From positions 34,589 to 98,588 of the forward strand of contig CAZDTP010000003.1 of assembly GCA_964508365.1 (NCBI GenBank): a DNA stretch of 64,000 bases. The letters are read 5' to 3'. The position numbers were made by a program, and so were the translations under genes. The notes below the pieces were generated by a model. The model was given only the letters and a program-made list of their open reading frames with translations, made no database searches and was not told the origin of the DNA. The stretch comes from an uncultured archaeon. Its GTDB lineage: Archaea > Asgardarchaeota > Lokiarchaeia > Sigyniarchaeales > SOKP01. This document shows, one piece after another, positions 28,442 through 37,501 of the stretch. Position 1 is the stretch's first letter. Each line of letters begins with the position of its first letter.

Positions 28442-29677
28442 TTATTTAAATTTTAAGGTTACATAAATCTCTCCACCTTTAAACCCCGCAACTGTGAGAA
28501 ATTCGTAATTCCTCAAATCGTTTTGTACAAGAGTTTGGTCATTATCTAAAACGACAATATCATTAAAATCTAATAAAGTTAAAACCGGTTCAAATTCAGA
28601 TTCCAATTCATATCCATTTCTTTCTAGTGTTTTAATTAAATTTGTACAAGGTGAAGTACTCTTCATTTTAATGGAAACTCGTCTTACCTTTTTACCGCAC
28701 TGAGAACATTCTGGATTTCTCTTCTTTTCAATGTGGTATAGTTTCATTGTCACAGCATTAAATATCACATAACTTGTAATAGGCTGACCTAATCCTTTAT
28801 GACCCCTTTTCCAATGAAGGATTTTAACCACCTCATGAGATTGTAATGCCGAAATAGTTGCGTTAATTGTAATTATCCCAGGATCGTGGCGATCAATAAT
28901 TTTTACAATATCATCTTCGGTATATTCAGGTAAGAAATTGTGTTTTACAACAAGTTCATTTGCAACTTTTTGAATAAATCTAATATCTTCTACATTTTTA
29001 GGATTTGGATCTGTGTCAAATTTATCTTTAAAGGCCATATCTCCTTTAAAGACACAATGAATTCTTTTTCGAGGGATGCCAACCACCGTGCAAGCTGCCA
29101 TTTCATCACTTTTGAGATCTGGCAATGGATTGCATTCATAACATGCATTTCGATATGGAAATATCGTATATATGTGACCATAATAACCAGAAACCCCTCC
29201 ATCTACTAAAGGTTTTCTGAATCTAATGCATTGAGCGTTTAAATTTAGCCTTGCGTTCATTGAATCAAGACCTCCAATTACAACATCTGCATTATAATAG
29301 AGTGCAGGGTTTAATCTTTCTAAGGATGAATGATACCCTTTAACAATAATATTTGGATTAATTTCGACTAATTTTCTTGCAGCTGCAATTGCTTTGGGTT
29401 CTCCTAACTTTGCGCCCACAAACAGAATTTGACGGTTCAGGTTAGAATGTTCAATTATGTCTAAATCGACAAGATCTATATGACCTACCCCTAACATGGT
29501 TAAGTTTTTAGCAATTTCACATCCTAAACCTCCTACGCCAGCTATTAATACTCTCGACTTTTTTACTAATTTCTGGGACCATCCTTCTAAACGAAATTGA
29601 CGATCGTATAAGTCTCTCTCTTCTTCTGACATTCCCTTTGCAAAAAAATCTGAATTCTTACGCAATATTATCACCAT
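28442..29677 (-). CDS. Ubiquitin-like activating enzyme E1 (UBA3/UBA2-like)
   Basis: YDRQ, GVGGLG, DLDIIEHSNLNRQ, CYEC and CSQC zinc pairs, catalytic ACTVVGIPRKRIHC; likely start TTG a few codons in. Confidence 0.93.
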   Translation of the reverse strand: MVIILRKNSDFFAKGMSEEERDLYDRQFRLEGWSQKLVKKSRVLIAGVGGLGCEIAKNLTMLGVGHIDLVDLDIIEHSNLNRQILFVGAKLGEPKAIAAARKLVEINPNIIVKGYHSSLERLNPALYYNADVVIGGLDSMNARLNLNAQCIRFRKPLVDGGVSGYYGHIYTIFPYRNACYECNPLPDLKSDEMAACTVVGIPRKRIHCVFKGDMAFKDKFDTDPNPKNVEDIRFIQKVANELVVKHNFLPEYTEDDIVKIIDRHDPGIITINATISALQSHEVVKILHWKRGHKGLGQPITSYVIFNAVTMKLYHIEKKRNPECSQCGKKVRRVSIKMKSTSPCTNLIKTLERNGYELESEFEPVLTLLDFNDIVVLDNDQTLVQNDLRNYEFLTVAGFKGGEIYVTLKFK

Positions 29678-29750
29678 TAATATTAATCAAAAAAATAAAA
29701 AAATTGAAGGGCTTTATGCCCTTACTATATATTATATTTTATGAAAAGAA

Positions 29751-30086
29751 TTATTTAAAAGTACCCGCTGTGCTTGCAGGGATTAAAAGTATATCGTCGC
29801 CATCATTAACATTATAGTCTTTTAACTGGCTACTCTCATCCATTGTTCTTCCACCAGAAGAAAGATGGAACTCATCTGGATCAAGTCCGAATAGATTTCC
29901 TAATGTTTGTTTGATATCGCTTACGTTATTTGCGTCATTTACAGTTAACTTTTCCTTCTTTTCACCAGGACCAATAGTTGACATGAAATATAAAGTCAAC
30001 TTCTTACCTGTTGAGGGAACTTTGCTTGATGGGGTTTTAGATTTAACTGGTTCTAACTCCTCATCAAAATCTTCATTATAACCCAT
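29751..30086 (-). CDS. Ubiquitin-like protein 1 (acidic N-tail, C-terminus ...STAG-TFK)
   Basis: beta-grasp pattern KLTLYF...VSDIKQTL...FHLSSGGRTMDES..LKDYNVNDGDDILL; first gene of the E1-E2-JAB run. Confidence 0.88.
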   Translation of the reverse strand: MGYNEDFDEELEPVKSKTPSSKVPSTGKKLTLYFMSTIGPGEKKEKLTVNDANNVSDIKQTLGNLFGLDPDEFHLSSGGRTMDESSQLKDYNVNDGDDILLIPASTAGTFK

Positions 30087-30348
30087 TTTAATCGTTTCTC
30101 TTATTTTTTTTTTAAAGTTTTTTTTTTAAACTTAATAATATCAAGTTAAAATGATATTAAAAAACCCATTGGAATGATTTTGAAGTTTTTTGAATTTTTG
30201 TTTAAAATATAAGTATCTACATCAAAAAACCTAATATCATATATTTATAAATTAAATGAATGACTATCAATATATATAAATAGGAAAATATCGTATTAGA
30301 GAGAAGATTTGATTATATAAATCAATTTATTCAACACGTTAAAATCAA

Positions 30349-31032
30349 TTGCTTATGAGCACTCCAGATAACCTTCAATCTATTGTTTGTAATCTAATAA
30401 AGGAATATCTAAAAAAGAAACCTTTCTTTTCAATAGAAGATATTGTAATGTTCATCAGTAATAGGGTAAGAACTAACCCTAATTTGAACAAACGCAGCAT
30501 TGAAATCATCATTAAAAATCTCATTAAAAGAAGAATTCTAATCCCTGGAACTAAATTAATGAAAAATAATATCATCGAGCATCCAATAAGAAATGAAATC
30601 TATAATTATATAAGAAAGAATCCTTCGAATGTTAATGATATAATGAAAGCAATTAATATTGGGAGTAATCAAGCGTTATGGCATTTATCTTGCTTAGAAA
30701 AATTTAGATTTACAAGATCAACAAAAATCGAGAATCAAAGAATAATTTTTGAATATGAATCAAATTCAGATCTAGATGAGTTGTATTACTATTTAAAACA
30801 GGATATTGTACAAGATATTATCAACCTACTGAAAAAAGAAAACACCTCATTTAAAATTACGGAAATTGCTGCCAATTTAAAAAAAAATTACAATACTGTA
30901 AAAAAATATCTTGAAATATTAGGAACTCTGAAAATATTAAAAATTGAAAAAAATAAAAAAAGAGTTTTATTCAGATTAGATCAAGAGAAATATGATAATA
31001 TTAGGAAATCCATTATTGATGGTGAATTATAA
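30349..31032 (+). CDS. Tandem winged-HTH transcriptional regulator
   Basis: RNEIYNYIRKNP...LWHLSCLEKF and ITEIAANLKKNYNTVKKYLEIL; divergent from the Ubl operon. Confidence 0.8.
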   Translation: MLMSTPDNLQSIVCNLIKEYLKKKPFFSIEDIVMFISNRVRTNPNLNKRSIEIIIKNLIKRRILIPGTKLMKNNIIEHPIRNEIYNYIRKNPSNVNDIMKAINIGSNQALWHLSCLEKFRFTRSTKIENQRIIFEYESNSDLDELYYYLKQDIVQDIINLLKKENTSFKITEIAANLKKNYNTVKKYLEILGTLKILKIEKNKKRVLFRLDQEKYDNIRKSIIDGEL

Positions 31033-31111
31033 AATTTACAAAGTTATTCCAATGGAATTTATATTTTGAATTATATATTAGAAAATTAGATAATACTTTA
31101 ATCAAAAAATC

Positions 31112-31900
31112 ATGAAGAAGAAATATAGAGTTTTAAATATCATAACTCTTTATGTTGTTTTCACTTTAATTTATTTGATTTTTTTCATATTCCAAATAGA
31201 GAGTTTACCTTTATTTCTCTTTCTAACTATTGGGAGTGTTGCTGTATTATCTACCAGCACGATCTATACCGTTGTTAAATCTAAAAGCAGTCCAGCGAAG
31301 AGGATAAAAAAAGATAAATATTATCAAAAACCAAAATCAATCAAAAGAATATCGAGTGATTTGATTGAGGATTACTTCGAAGCCATGCCATTAATAGATC
31401 AATACGCTGATACTGATGTATCTTTTGAAAATGTAGAATCAATCGATGATTATATCTTCACTTTTTTCAAACAAGAGGAAGTAGATAAAATCGATTTGTT
31501 AGGGTTTTCAAAAATGGATAAAATCTTTTTTATCAGAGAGATGTTGTATTTTGATGCTGGTGAGAGAAAGCAGCTAATCGAAGATATTTTGAAAAATAAA
31601 GATATAACTGATGAACAGATAAAATACTACCCGCCTTTAAACATAATTGGATTGAATGATAAATTACGCGTTTACATAAGGTCATTAGTCGAACCTGGTG
31701 AGAAGACCAAAATACTCATAATTGAAACCTCCGAATTAATAAGTATAATCAAAGAACAAGTTGGAATTCTATTTGATTATGGTTTAGAAGATTTTTCCCT
31801 ATCCACAGGAGGTTTAATATTAGATGAAACTAAGCAGATAAAGGACTATTTTATTGACGAGGATGACGAAATTGCTTTAATTCCATCAAAAAAAAAATAG
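31112..31900 (+). CDS. Membrane-anchored protein with a C-terminal ubiquitin-like domain lacking a terminal Gly
   Basis: Two N-terminal TM helices; C-terminal RSLVEPGEKTK...LSTGGLILDE...DEDDEIALIPSKKK is paralogous to the two soluble Ubls. Confidence 0.85.
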   Translation: MKKKYRVLNIITLYVVFTLIYLIFFIFQIESLPLFLFLTIGSVAVLSTSTIYTVVKSKSSPAKRIKKDKYYQKPKSIKRISSDLIEDYFEAMPLIDQYADTDVSFENVESIDDYIFTFFKQEEVDKIDLLGFSKMDKIFFIREMLYFDAGERKQLIEDILKNKDITDEQIKYYPPLNIIGLNDKLRVYIRSLVEPGEKTKILIIETSELISIIKEQVGILFDYGLEDFSLSTGGLILDETKQIKDYFIDEDDEIALIPSKKK

Positions 31901-31919
31901 AATTATTTTTTTTATAGTT

Positions 31920-32339
31920 TTATATCCTTTCAATATAACAACCAGCAACACTCGCTGGAATTAATAAAATGTCATCTCCATCATCTACATTGTAATCACT
32001 CAGCGTAGATTCTTCATCCATGGTAACTCCTCCAGAAGACAAATAAAAATCAGATGGATCTAAAGCAAATAAATTCGCTATAGTATCTTTAATATCTCTT
32101 ACCATATTACCCGTGAAGACGGTAAGCTTTTGTTTTTTCTCCCCTGGTCCTATAGTGGATAAAAAAAAAACTGAAATCTTTTTTCCTTCAGAAGAGATTG
32201 TGGGTTCTGGAGTTTTAGATCTAATATCTTCTGTTTGGTCCTTTTTAGACTGATCATCAATATCTTTATCCAAGCTTTCATCAATTTCCTCATCGAATTC
32301 TTCATCGAACTCCTCTTCAAATTCATCGTCAAAATCCAT
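31920..32339 (-). CDS. Ubiquitin-like protein 2 (long acidic N-tail, C-terminus ...SVAG-CYIERI)
   Basis: Core closely matches Ubl1 (STIGPGEKK.KLTV, LSSGG.TMDE, DYNV.DGDDILLIPAS). Confidence 0.88.
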   Translation of the reverse strand: MDFDDEFEEEFDEEFDEEIDESLDKDIDDQSKKDQTEDIRSKTPEPTISSEGKKISVFFLSTIGPGEKKQKLTVFTGNMVRDIKDTIANLFALDPSDFYLSSGGVTMDEESTLSDYNVDDGDDILLIPASVAGCYIERI

Positions 32340-32518
32340 TAGATTAACACCATAAATTTAGATTACTTAATTTTATATTACTTTTAAAAAATAAAGGAAT
32401 TTATGTTATATAAATAGACTTCACAAAACCAAAAAAATTCTTAAATTGAAATTACAAACACTTTAGAATTTGAGTTAATATAATATAATTAATAATTTAC
32501 ATAAGTTTAAGAACTACC

Positions 32519-33622
32519 ATGAAGGATAAACCTATTCCTAAGTATCAAATTCGAGAAAAAACACCCGAAGAGCAACTAGACACCATTCCTAAAACAAAAT
32601 TACTTAAAAAAATTAAGGAAGAAAGAATTAAATTAAATAGAGAAAAAACTGAATGGGAGAGCGTTATTAGCAAAGTTGAAGGTTATCAAGATAATATTCA
32701 AGATTTAGAAAAAAAAAGAAAAGAAAAAGAACTTCAAGTCAGAGACCTTCAAAATCAACACGAAAAACTAAAAAACGATCTAGACAATATGAGAAATGAA
32801 TTAAAAGAAAGTAAAAATAATCTATATGAGAAAGAAAGGGAGTTAGATCAAAAAAATGCTGACTTAGAGCGATATCAAGAGAGATTAGATGGACTAAGAG
32901 ATGAATTAGAGAGTGAGAAGAAAGACTTAGAAAGAGAAAAAGAAAAAGCAAAAGAAAGAATTAAAGAAATTAAAACCAAATTACCCGGAATGGAACGGAG
33001 AGAGAGTGCCTTAGAGAGAACAATTGAAAAGTTGGAAAACAATTTAATGGATTTAAGAAACGAAGGTAAGAGTTTAACGAGAGAAAGAGATAATTTAAAC
33101 AATGAAATCAATAGTTTGAGAAGAGAGATAGTAGATGAAAAAAATCGAATTGATGATGAGAAAAGAAGATTAAAAGATGAAAAAGAAAAGGTTCGCTATA
33201 AGAAAAAAGACTTAAGTCTCAAAGCTCGTGATATTGAAAAAAAAAAAGAGCAATTGGGAAAATTTAAAGAGGATGTAGATCACGATGTAAAAGACTTAGA
33301 AAGAAAGAAAAAAGGGCAAGAAGTAAGATTAAAGGAATTAGATAGGAAGGTACCTAAGGCAGAAGATACTTATTTTTCATTAGAACATAAAATTGGTAAC
33401 TTAGAAAATAAACTGAAAAGCTTAAAAGATGAAATAAAAAAACTGGAAAAGGAAAAATCGAAAATAGAAGACGATAAATTTTCAATTAGAAAGGAGAGGC
33501 AAAGATTAGAAAGTGATAAAGAGAGATTTCTTAAAGAAAAAAGAGATTTTGAAAGAGAATTGAAAAAAACAAAAGAAATCCCAAAATATAAAATCAAATC
33601 AAAAACGCCTTCGAGATATTAA
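32519..33622 (+). CDS. Long coiled-coil protein with repeated terminal motifs
   Basis: About 320 aa of K/E/R/L-rich heptads; IPKYQIREKTP at the N-terminus and IPKYKIKSKTP at the C-terminus; no TM or ATPase motif. Confidence 0.85.
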   Translation: MKDKPIPKYQIREKTPEEQLDTIPKTKLLKKIKEERIKLNREKTEWESVISKVEGYQDNIQDLEKKRKEKELQVRDLQNQHEKLKNDLDNMRNELKESKNNLYEKERELDQKNADLERYQERLDGLRDELESEKKDLEREKEKAKERIKEIKTKLPGMERRESALERTIEKLENNLMDLRNEGKSLTRERDNLNNEINSLRREIVDEKNRIDDEKRRLKDEKEKVRYKKKDLSLKARDIEKKKEQLGKFKEDVDHDVKDLERKKKGQEVRLKELDRKVPKAEDTYFSLEHKIGNLENKLKSLKDEIKKLEKEKSKIEDDKFSIRKERQRLESDKERFLKEKRDFERELKKTKEIPKYKIKSKTPSRY

Positions 33623-33642
33623 TTAGTATAGTTGGGGGATTT

Positions 33643-34680
33643 ATGAAAATTCCAAAAGGAATTGAAGGGGATTACCTTGAAACAAAAGAAAACAACCTTT
33701 TTTTCGATATAAAAGGTTATCACCATCCCCGAGACCGTAGAATTTGTTTTTTAAGATTTTATCCAGATCAAAATGGGGAAAGAATAAAAGAAGGCAAAAA
33801 ATTTAATAAAATCTATTCTTTAGATGAAAGATATTTGAAATTAAGAGAGGAATACCCACAGTATCTTTTTTTTTCAAATGAACTTGATTTAGAGCTTCAG
33901 GGCGTAGAAATTAAAGATATAAAGAAAATTTATACGCCCCGAGAATACTATGATGCATTAAAAATGAGGAATAATTTGTCAGAAATCGAAATCCATTCCA
34001 AAAATTTGTGTGAGTTATTTATTACAGGCGGTTCCATACCAGAAGATGCAATCGGTATTTCTGGTTCCCCCATGATCGGATTAAGTAAAGATGATTCTGA
34101 TATAGATGTAATAATATATGGAACTCGTGCTAGTTTAGAGTTTCAAGATAAATTAAAAACAATACTGCTTACTTCAAACAATTGTAGGGCGTATAACTTA
34201 AGCGAATATAAAACTCATTATAATTGGAGGGTAGGAGGTTCTGGCATTAGTTTCGAGAATTTTTTGAGAAGTGAAAAAAGAAAGTTACATCAAGGAAAAT
34301 TCTATGGAATTGATTTCTTTATACGATATATTAAAAGCCCTAATGATTGGAATGGAACTTTCTACGATTACAAATTCAAGAACTTAGGAAGGATTGAAAT
34401 AAAAGCAAAAATTGTAGATTCAACCGATTCCATTTTTACTCCCTGCTCTTATAAAATTAATGGTATAGAAATCGTAGATAAAAAATTTATTAGAAATGAT
34501 ATAAATTTAAAAGATATTACTGAAATCAACTCATTTCGCGGTAGATTTTGTGAACACGCTAAAGATGGAGAAACTGTGTTAGTTAAAGGAAAACTAGAAG
34601 AAGTAGTTTTCAAAAATAACAAAAAATATCTAAGAATTCTACTTACGGATCAAAAACAAGATATTTTTTGCGTAATATAG
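33643..34680 (+). CDS. Predicted nucleotidyltransferase (Pol-beta-like, COG1665-type)
   Basis: GISGS...SDIDVIIYG, FFDIKGY.HP, SFRGRFCE. Confidence 0.8.
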   Translation: MKIPKGIEGDYLETKENNLFFDIKGYHHPRDRRICFLRFYPDQNGERIKEGKKFNKIYSLDERYLKLREEYPQYLFFSNELDLELQGVEIKDIKKIYTPREYYDALKMRNNLSEIEIHSKNLCELFITGGSIPEDAIGISGSPMIGLSKDDSDIDVIIYGTRASLEFQDKLKTILLTSNNCRAYNLSEYKTHYNWRVGGSGISFENFLRSEKRKLHQGKFYGIDFFIRYIKSPNDWNGTFYDYKFKNLGRIEIKAKIVDSTDSIFTPCSYKINGIEIVDKKFIRNDINLKDITEINSFRGRFCEHAKDGETVLVKGKLEEVVFKNNKKYLRILLTDQKQDIFCVI

Positions 34681-34783
34681 CTCTAATTATCCGACTTAAA
34701 ATAACAAAACACTTTTTTTCCTAAAACAAAAAAAATAATAGGTATCCACCATTAAATTATTTCAGAAATATCTGATTTAAAAT

Positions 34784-35857
34784 ATGATTGAGCGATATAA
34801 AAAATCAGTCGAAATAGACCCGAAAGACGCAGACGCGTGGATTAACTTAGGGGATGCCTATTACGACGAAACAAATTTTGATGAGGCAATAAAAGCATAT
34901 CAGAAAGCAATTGATATTAATCCTTTTTTTTCCGAAGTATGGAATAATTTAGGTCTAGCACTCAGTATGATACATAAATTTAAAGATGCAATAGAATGTT
35001 ATCAAGAAGCGCTTAAAATCGAACCAGACGACGCAATTTCTTACTATAACATGGGATTTGCATATGAGGATTTAGAAGATTATGATAATGCGTTAAAATT
35101 TTACAAGATTGCACTAGAATATGAACCAAGCTACACAGATGTGTGGAATAATATTGCTTTAATTTATAGAGAAAATGAACAATATGATGAAGCAATAGAA
35201 TGCTACAAAAAAGCGATAAGAATCAACCCAGATGAGCAAATGTTATATAATAATATAGCCATCATCTATTACGATACCCAAAACTTCGATGAAGCCATAA
35301 AGTATTATAAAAAAGCTATTGATCTAGATCCCAACAATGCAGAGTTATGGTTTGATTTAGGTGACATTGCATATGAACAAAACGACTATGAATTGGCAAT
35401 ATCCTGTTATAAAAAAGCAACTGAGCTTAATCCTCAATTCATTGAAGCATGGAATAATTTGGGGTTATCCTACACATTTACGAAAGAATTTAAAAAATCT
35501 ATCAAGTGCTATGAAGAAGCACTAAGTTTACAATCTGAGGACCCAGTACTTTATGAAAATTTAGCGTTTAGCTATAGTGCTTTAAATGATTTTGATAATG
35601 CTATTTTATATTATCAAAACACTCTTAGAATCGATCCTGAGAACATCAACGTACTTAAGAAATTAGGCCGAATTTATTGCGATGTAAGAAAAAATTATGA
35701 AGAAGCAATAAAACATTTTAATAAAATTGTCGCTTTGGATCCTTCTGAATTAGATTTTTGGGAATCAGCGGTAAGTTGTCATGAAAAACTAGGAAATTTT
35801 GAAAAAGCTAAAGAATGGAATGAAAAAGGGTCTAAACTAAAAGCAAATGATTATTAA
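34784..35857 (+). CDS. Tetratricopeptide repeat protein (about 10 TPRs)
   Basis: Repeated WxNLG...Y.EAI..Y.KAI.I.P units. Confidence 0.95.
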   Translation: MIERYKKSVEIDPKDADAWINLGDAYYDETNFDEAIKAYQKAIDINPFFSEVWNNLGLALSMIHKFKDAIECYQEALKIEPDDAISYYNMGFAYEDLEDYDNALKFYKIALEYEPSYTDVWNNIALIYRENEQYDEAIECYKKAIRINPDEQMLYNNIAIIYYDTQNFDEAIKYYKKAIDLDPNNAELWFDLGDIAYEQNDYELAISCYKKATELNPQFIEAWNNLGLSYTFTKEFKKSIKCYEEALSLQSEDPVLYENLAFSYSALNDFDNAILYYQNTLRIDPENINVLKKLGRIYCDVRKNYEEAIKHFNKIVALDPSELDFWESAVSCHEKLGNFEKAKEWNEKGSKLKANDY

Positions 35858-35881
35858 TCGATTCTAGTTTTAAATTAACTA

Positions 35882-37192
35882 ATGGATTCATTTAATGCTG
35901 ACTTACACATCCACTCACCTCATTCAATTGCAGTATCTAAAAATCTTAATTTAGATACTATGGTAGAAACCTGTAAGAAAAAAGGGTTGGATATCCTTGG
36001 AACCGGAGATGTGTTGCAACCGGATTGGTTAAAGTATTTAGAAAAGAATTTGAAAAAAGACCATGTCGGAGCTTTCTCTTATAAGGATATTTACTTTATT
36101 TTACAAACTGAGATTGAAGACGAAAATTCGATTCACGAAGTGGTTTTTTTCCCCGATTTTTCAACCGTAAGAGAAGTCCAAAAAAAGATTAAACCATATT
36201 CAAAAAATATTTTGGGTGAATGGGGGGGTCGCCCAAGGGTAAATTTACCTCCTGCGGAATTAGTTGACATTATCACAGATTTTGGAGCAATAATAGGTCC
36301 TGCTCATGCTTTTACTCCATTTAAAGCAATTTTTCGCCAAAGTAAATATGCGACTCTCGAAGAGTGCTATCAAGACGCTACTAAAAAAGTGAAATTTTTA
36401 GAATTAGGACTCTCTGCTAATACAGATTTAGCCGATAAATTAGAATCTCTTAAAAATATATCTTTTTTAAGCAATAGCGATGCGCATTCTGAAAGTCCCC
36501 GCTCTTTAGGGAGAGAATTCAACAAAATTAAAATGGAAAACCCTTCGTTTGATGAGCTAGCCTTAGCCTTAGAAAGAAAAAGTCAACGCAAAATTGAACT
36601 AAATGTAGGACTTCACCCGAAGCTAGGAAAATATTATAATATGTTCTGCAACAAATGTAGAAGAAGAGTAATATTTGTTAAATCAGAAAAAACTAAAGAT
36701 ACACTATTAAATGAATATACTATTTCAGAAGACTTCATAAAAATTTTATCAGAAAACCCCTTAAATGCGAGAAAAGAATACATAAACAATGTTTCCAAGG
36801 AGAAAATTACTTGTCCTGCTTGTAAAGAAAAAATTAACAAGAACATTAAAATTAAATTAGGAGTCAGTGAGAGAATAGATGTTATTTCTACATCAATCGA
36901 ACCAATACATCCAAATCATAGGCCTCCATACATCAATGCGGTTCCTTTAATAGATATTATTCGCGCGGTAAAAAAAATTAAGAGCGCTACGAGTGTTACA
37001 GTTTTAAAATCATATGAGAAAATGTTAAATGAACTAGGCGCCGAATTTATTATTTTATTTGATACAGAAATTGAAGAAATCAAGAAATTTGACAAGAATA
37101 TTGCCACAGTTATCGAAGCAATAAGAAAAAATAAAGTTAAATATACACCTGGTGGCGGTGGGACTTATGGGCAAATTCAACTCGAAATGTAA
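35882..37192 (+). CDS. Endonuclease Q-like PHP-domain protein
   Basis: ADLHIHS, GTGD, PAHAFTP, ELGLS, SNSDAHS, GREFN, GKY, CNKC/CPAC zinc pair, PGGGGTYG. Confidence 0.85.
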   Translation: MDSFNADLHIHSPHSIAVSKNLNLDTMVETCKKKGLDILGTGDVLQPDWLKYLEKNLKKDHVGAFSYKDIYFILQTEIEDENSIHEVVFFPDFSTVREVQKKIKPYSKNILGEWGGRPRVNLPPAELVDIITDFGAIIGPAHAFTPFKAIFRQSKYATLEECYQDATKKVKFLELGLSANTDLADKLESLKNISFLSNSDAHSESPRSLGREFNKIKMENPSFDELALALERKSQRKIELNVGLHPKLGKYYNMFCNKCRRRVIFVKSEKTKDTLLNEYTISEDFIKILSENPLNARKEYINNVSKEKITCPACKEKINKNIKIKLGVSERIDVISTSIEPIHPNHRPPYINAVPLIDIIRAVKKIKSATSVTVLKSYEKMLNELGAEFIILFDTEIEEIKKFDKNIATVIEAIRKNKVKYTPGGGGTYGQIQLEM

Positions 37193-37261
37193 CTATCTAA
37201 AGAAGAATTTAAGTAGCTGTTAATAAGGAAATCTAAGTATTGAAAAAAGTTCAAAATTTGG

Positions 37262-37501
37262 CTATATTTCAAACTCTAAATCAAGATTTAAAAGTTCTCC
37301 ACATTTAGAGCAAGTCATAAAATCAAAAATTTTAAATGCTACAACCATAAGCTCTAAATCTTTTCTAGGAAATCGATTTTTAAACTTTTTTTTATAATCT
37401 CCGGAAGGACAGCTAATAATCGCTCGTACATTAATAATGTCCTCCGCTTCCGAACTATCGAAAGCTTGTTCAGTTGTATTCTTATTCATATCAATTTCCA
37501 T
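37262..37501 (-). CDS. Small hypothetical protein, possible zinc ribbon
   Basis: ISCPSG...TCSKCGELL. Confidence 0.65.
   Translation of the reverse strand: MEIDMNKNTTEQAFDSSEAEDIINVRAIISCPSGDYKKKFKNRFPRKDLELMVVAFKIFDFMTCSKCGELLNLDLEFEI

Noticed and set aside
32270-32339. Repetitive DNA at the start of Ubl2
   Set aside because: Explained by the acidic FDEE peptide repeats; not an independent DNA element
32519-33622. SMC/Rad50 or chemoreceptor call for the coiled-coil protein
   Set aside because: No Walker motifs, hinge, zinc hook or TM segments
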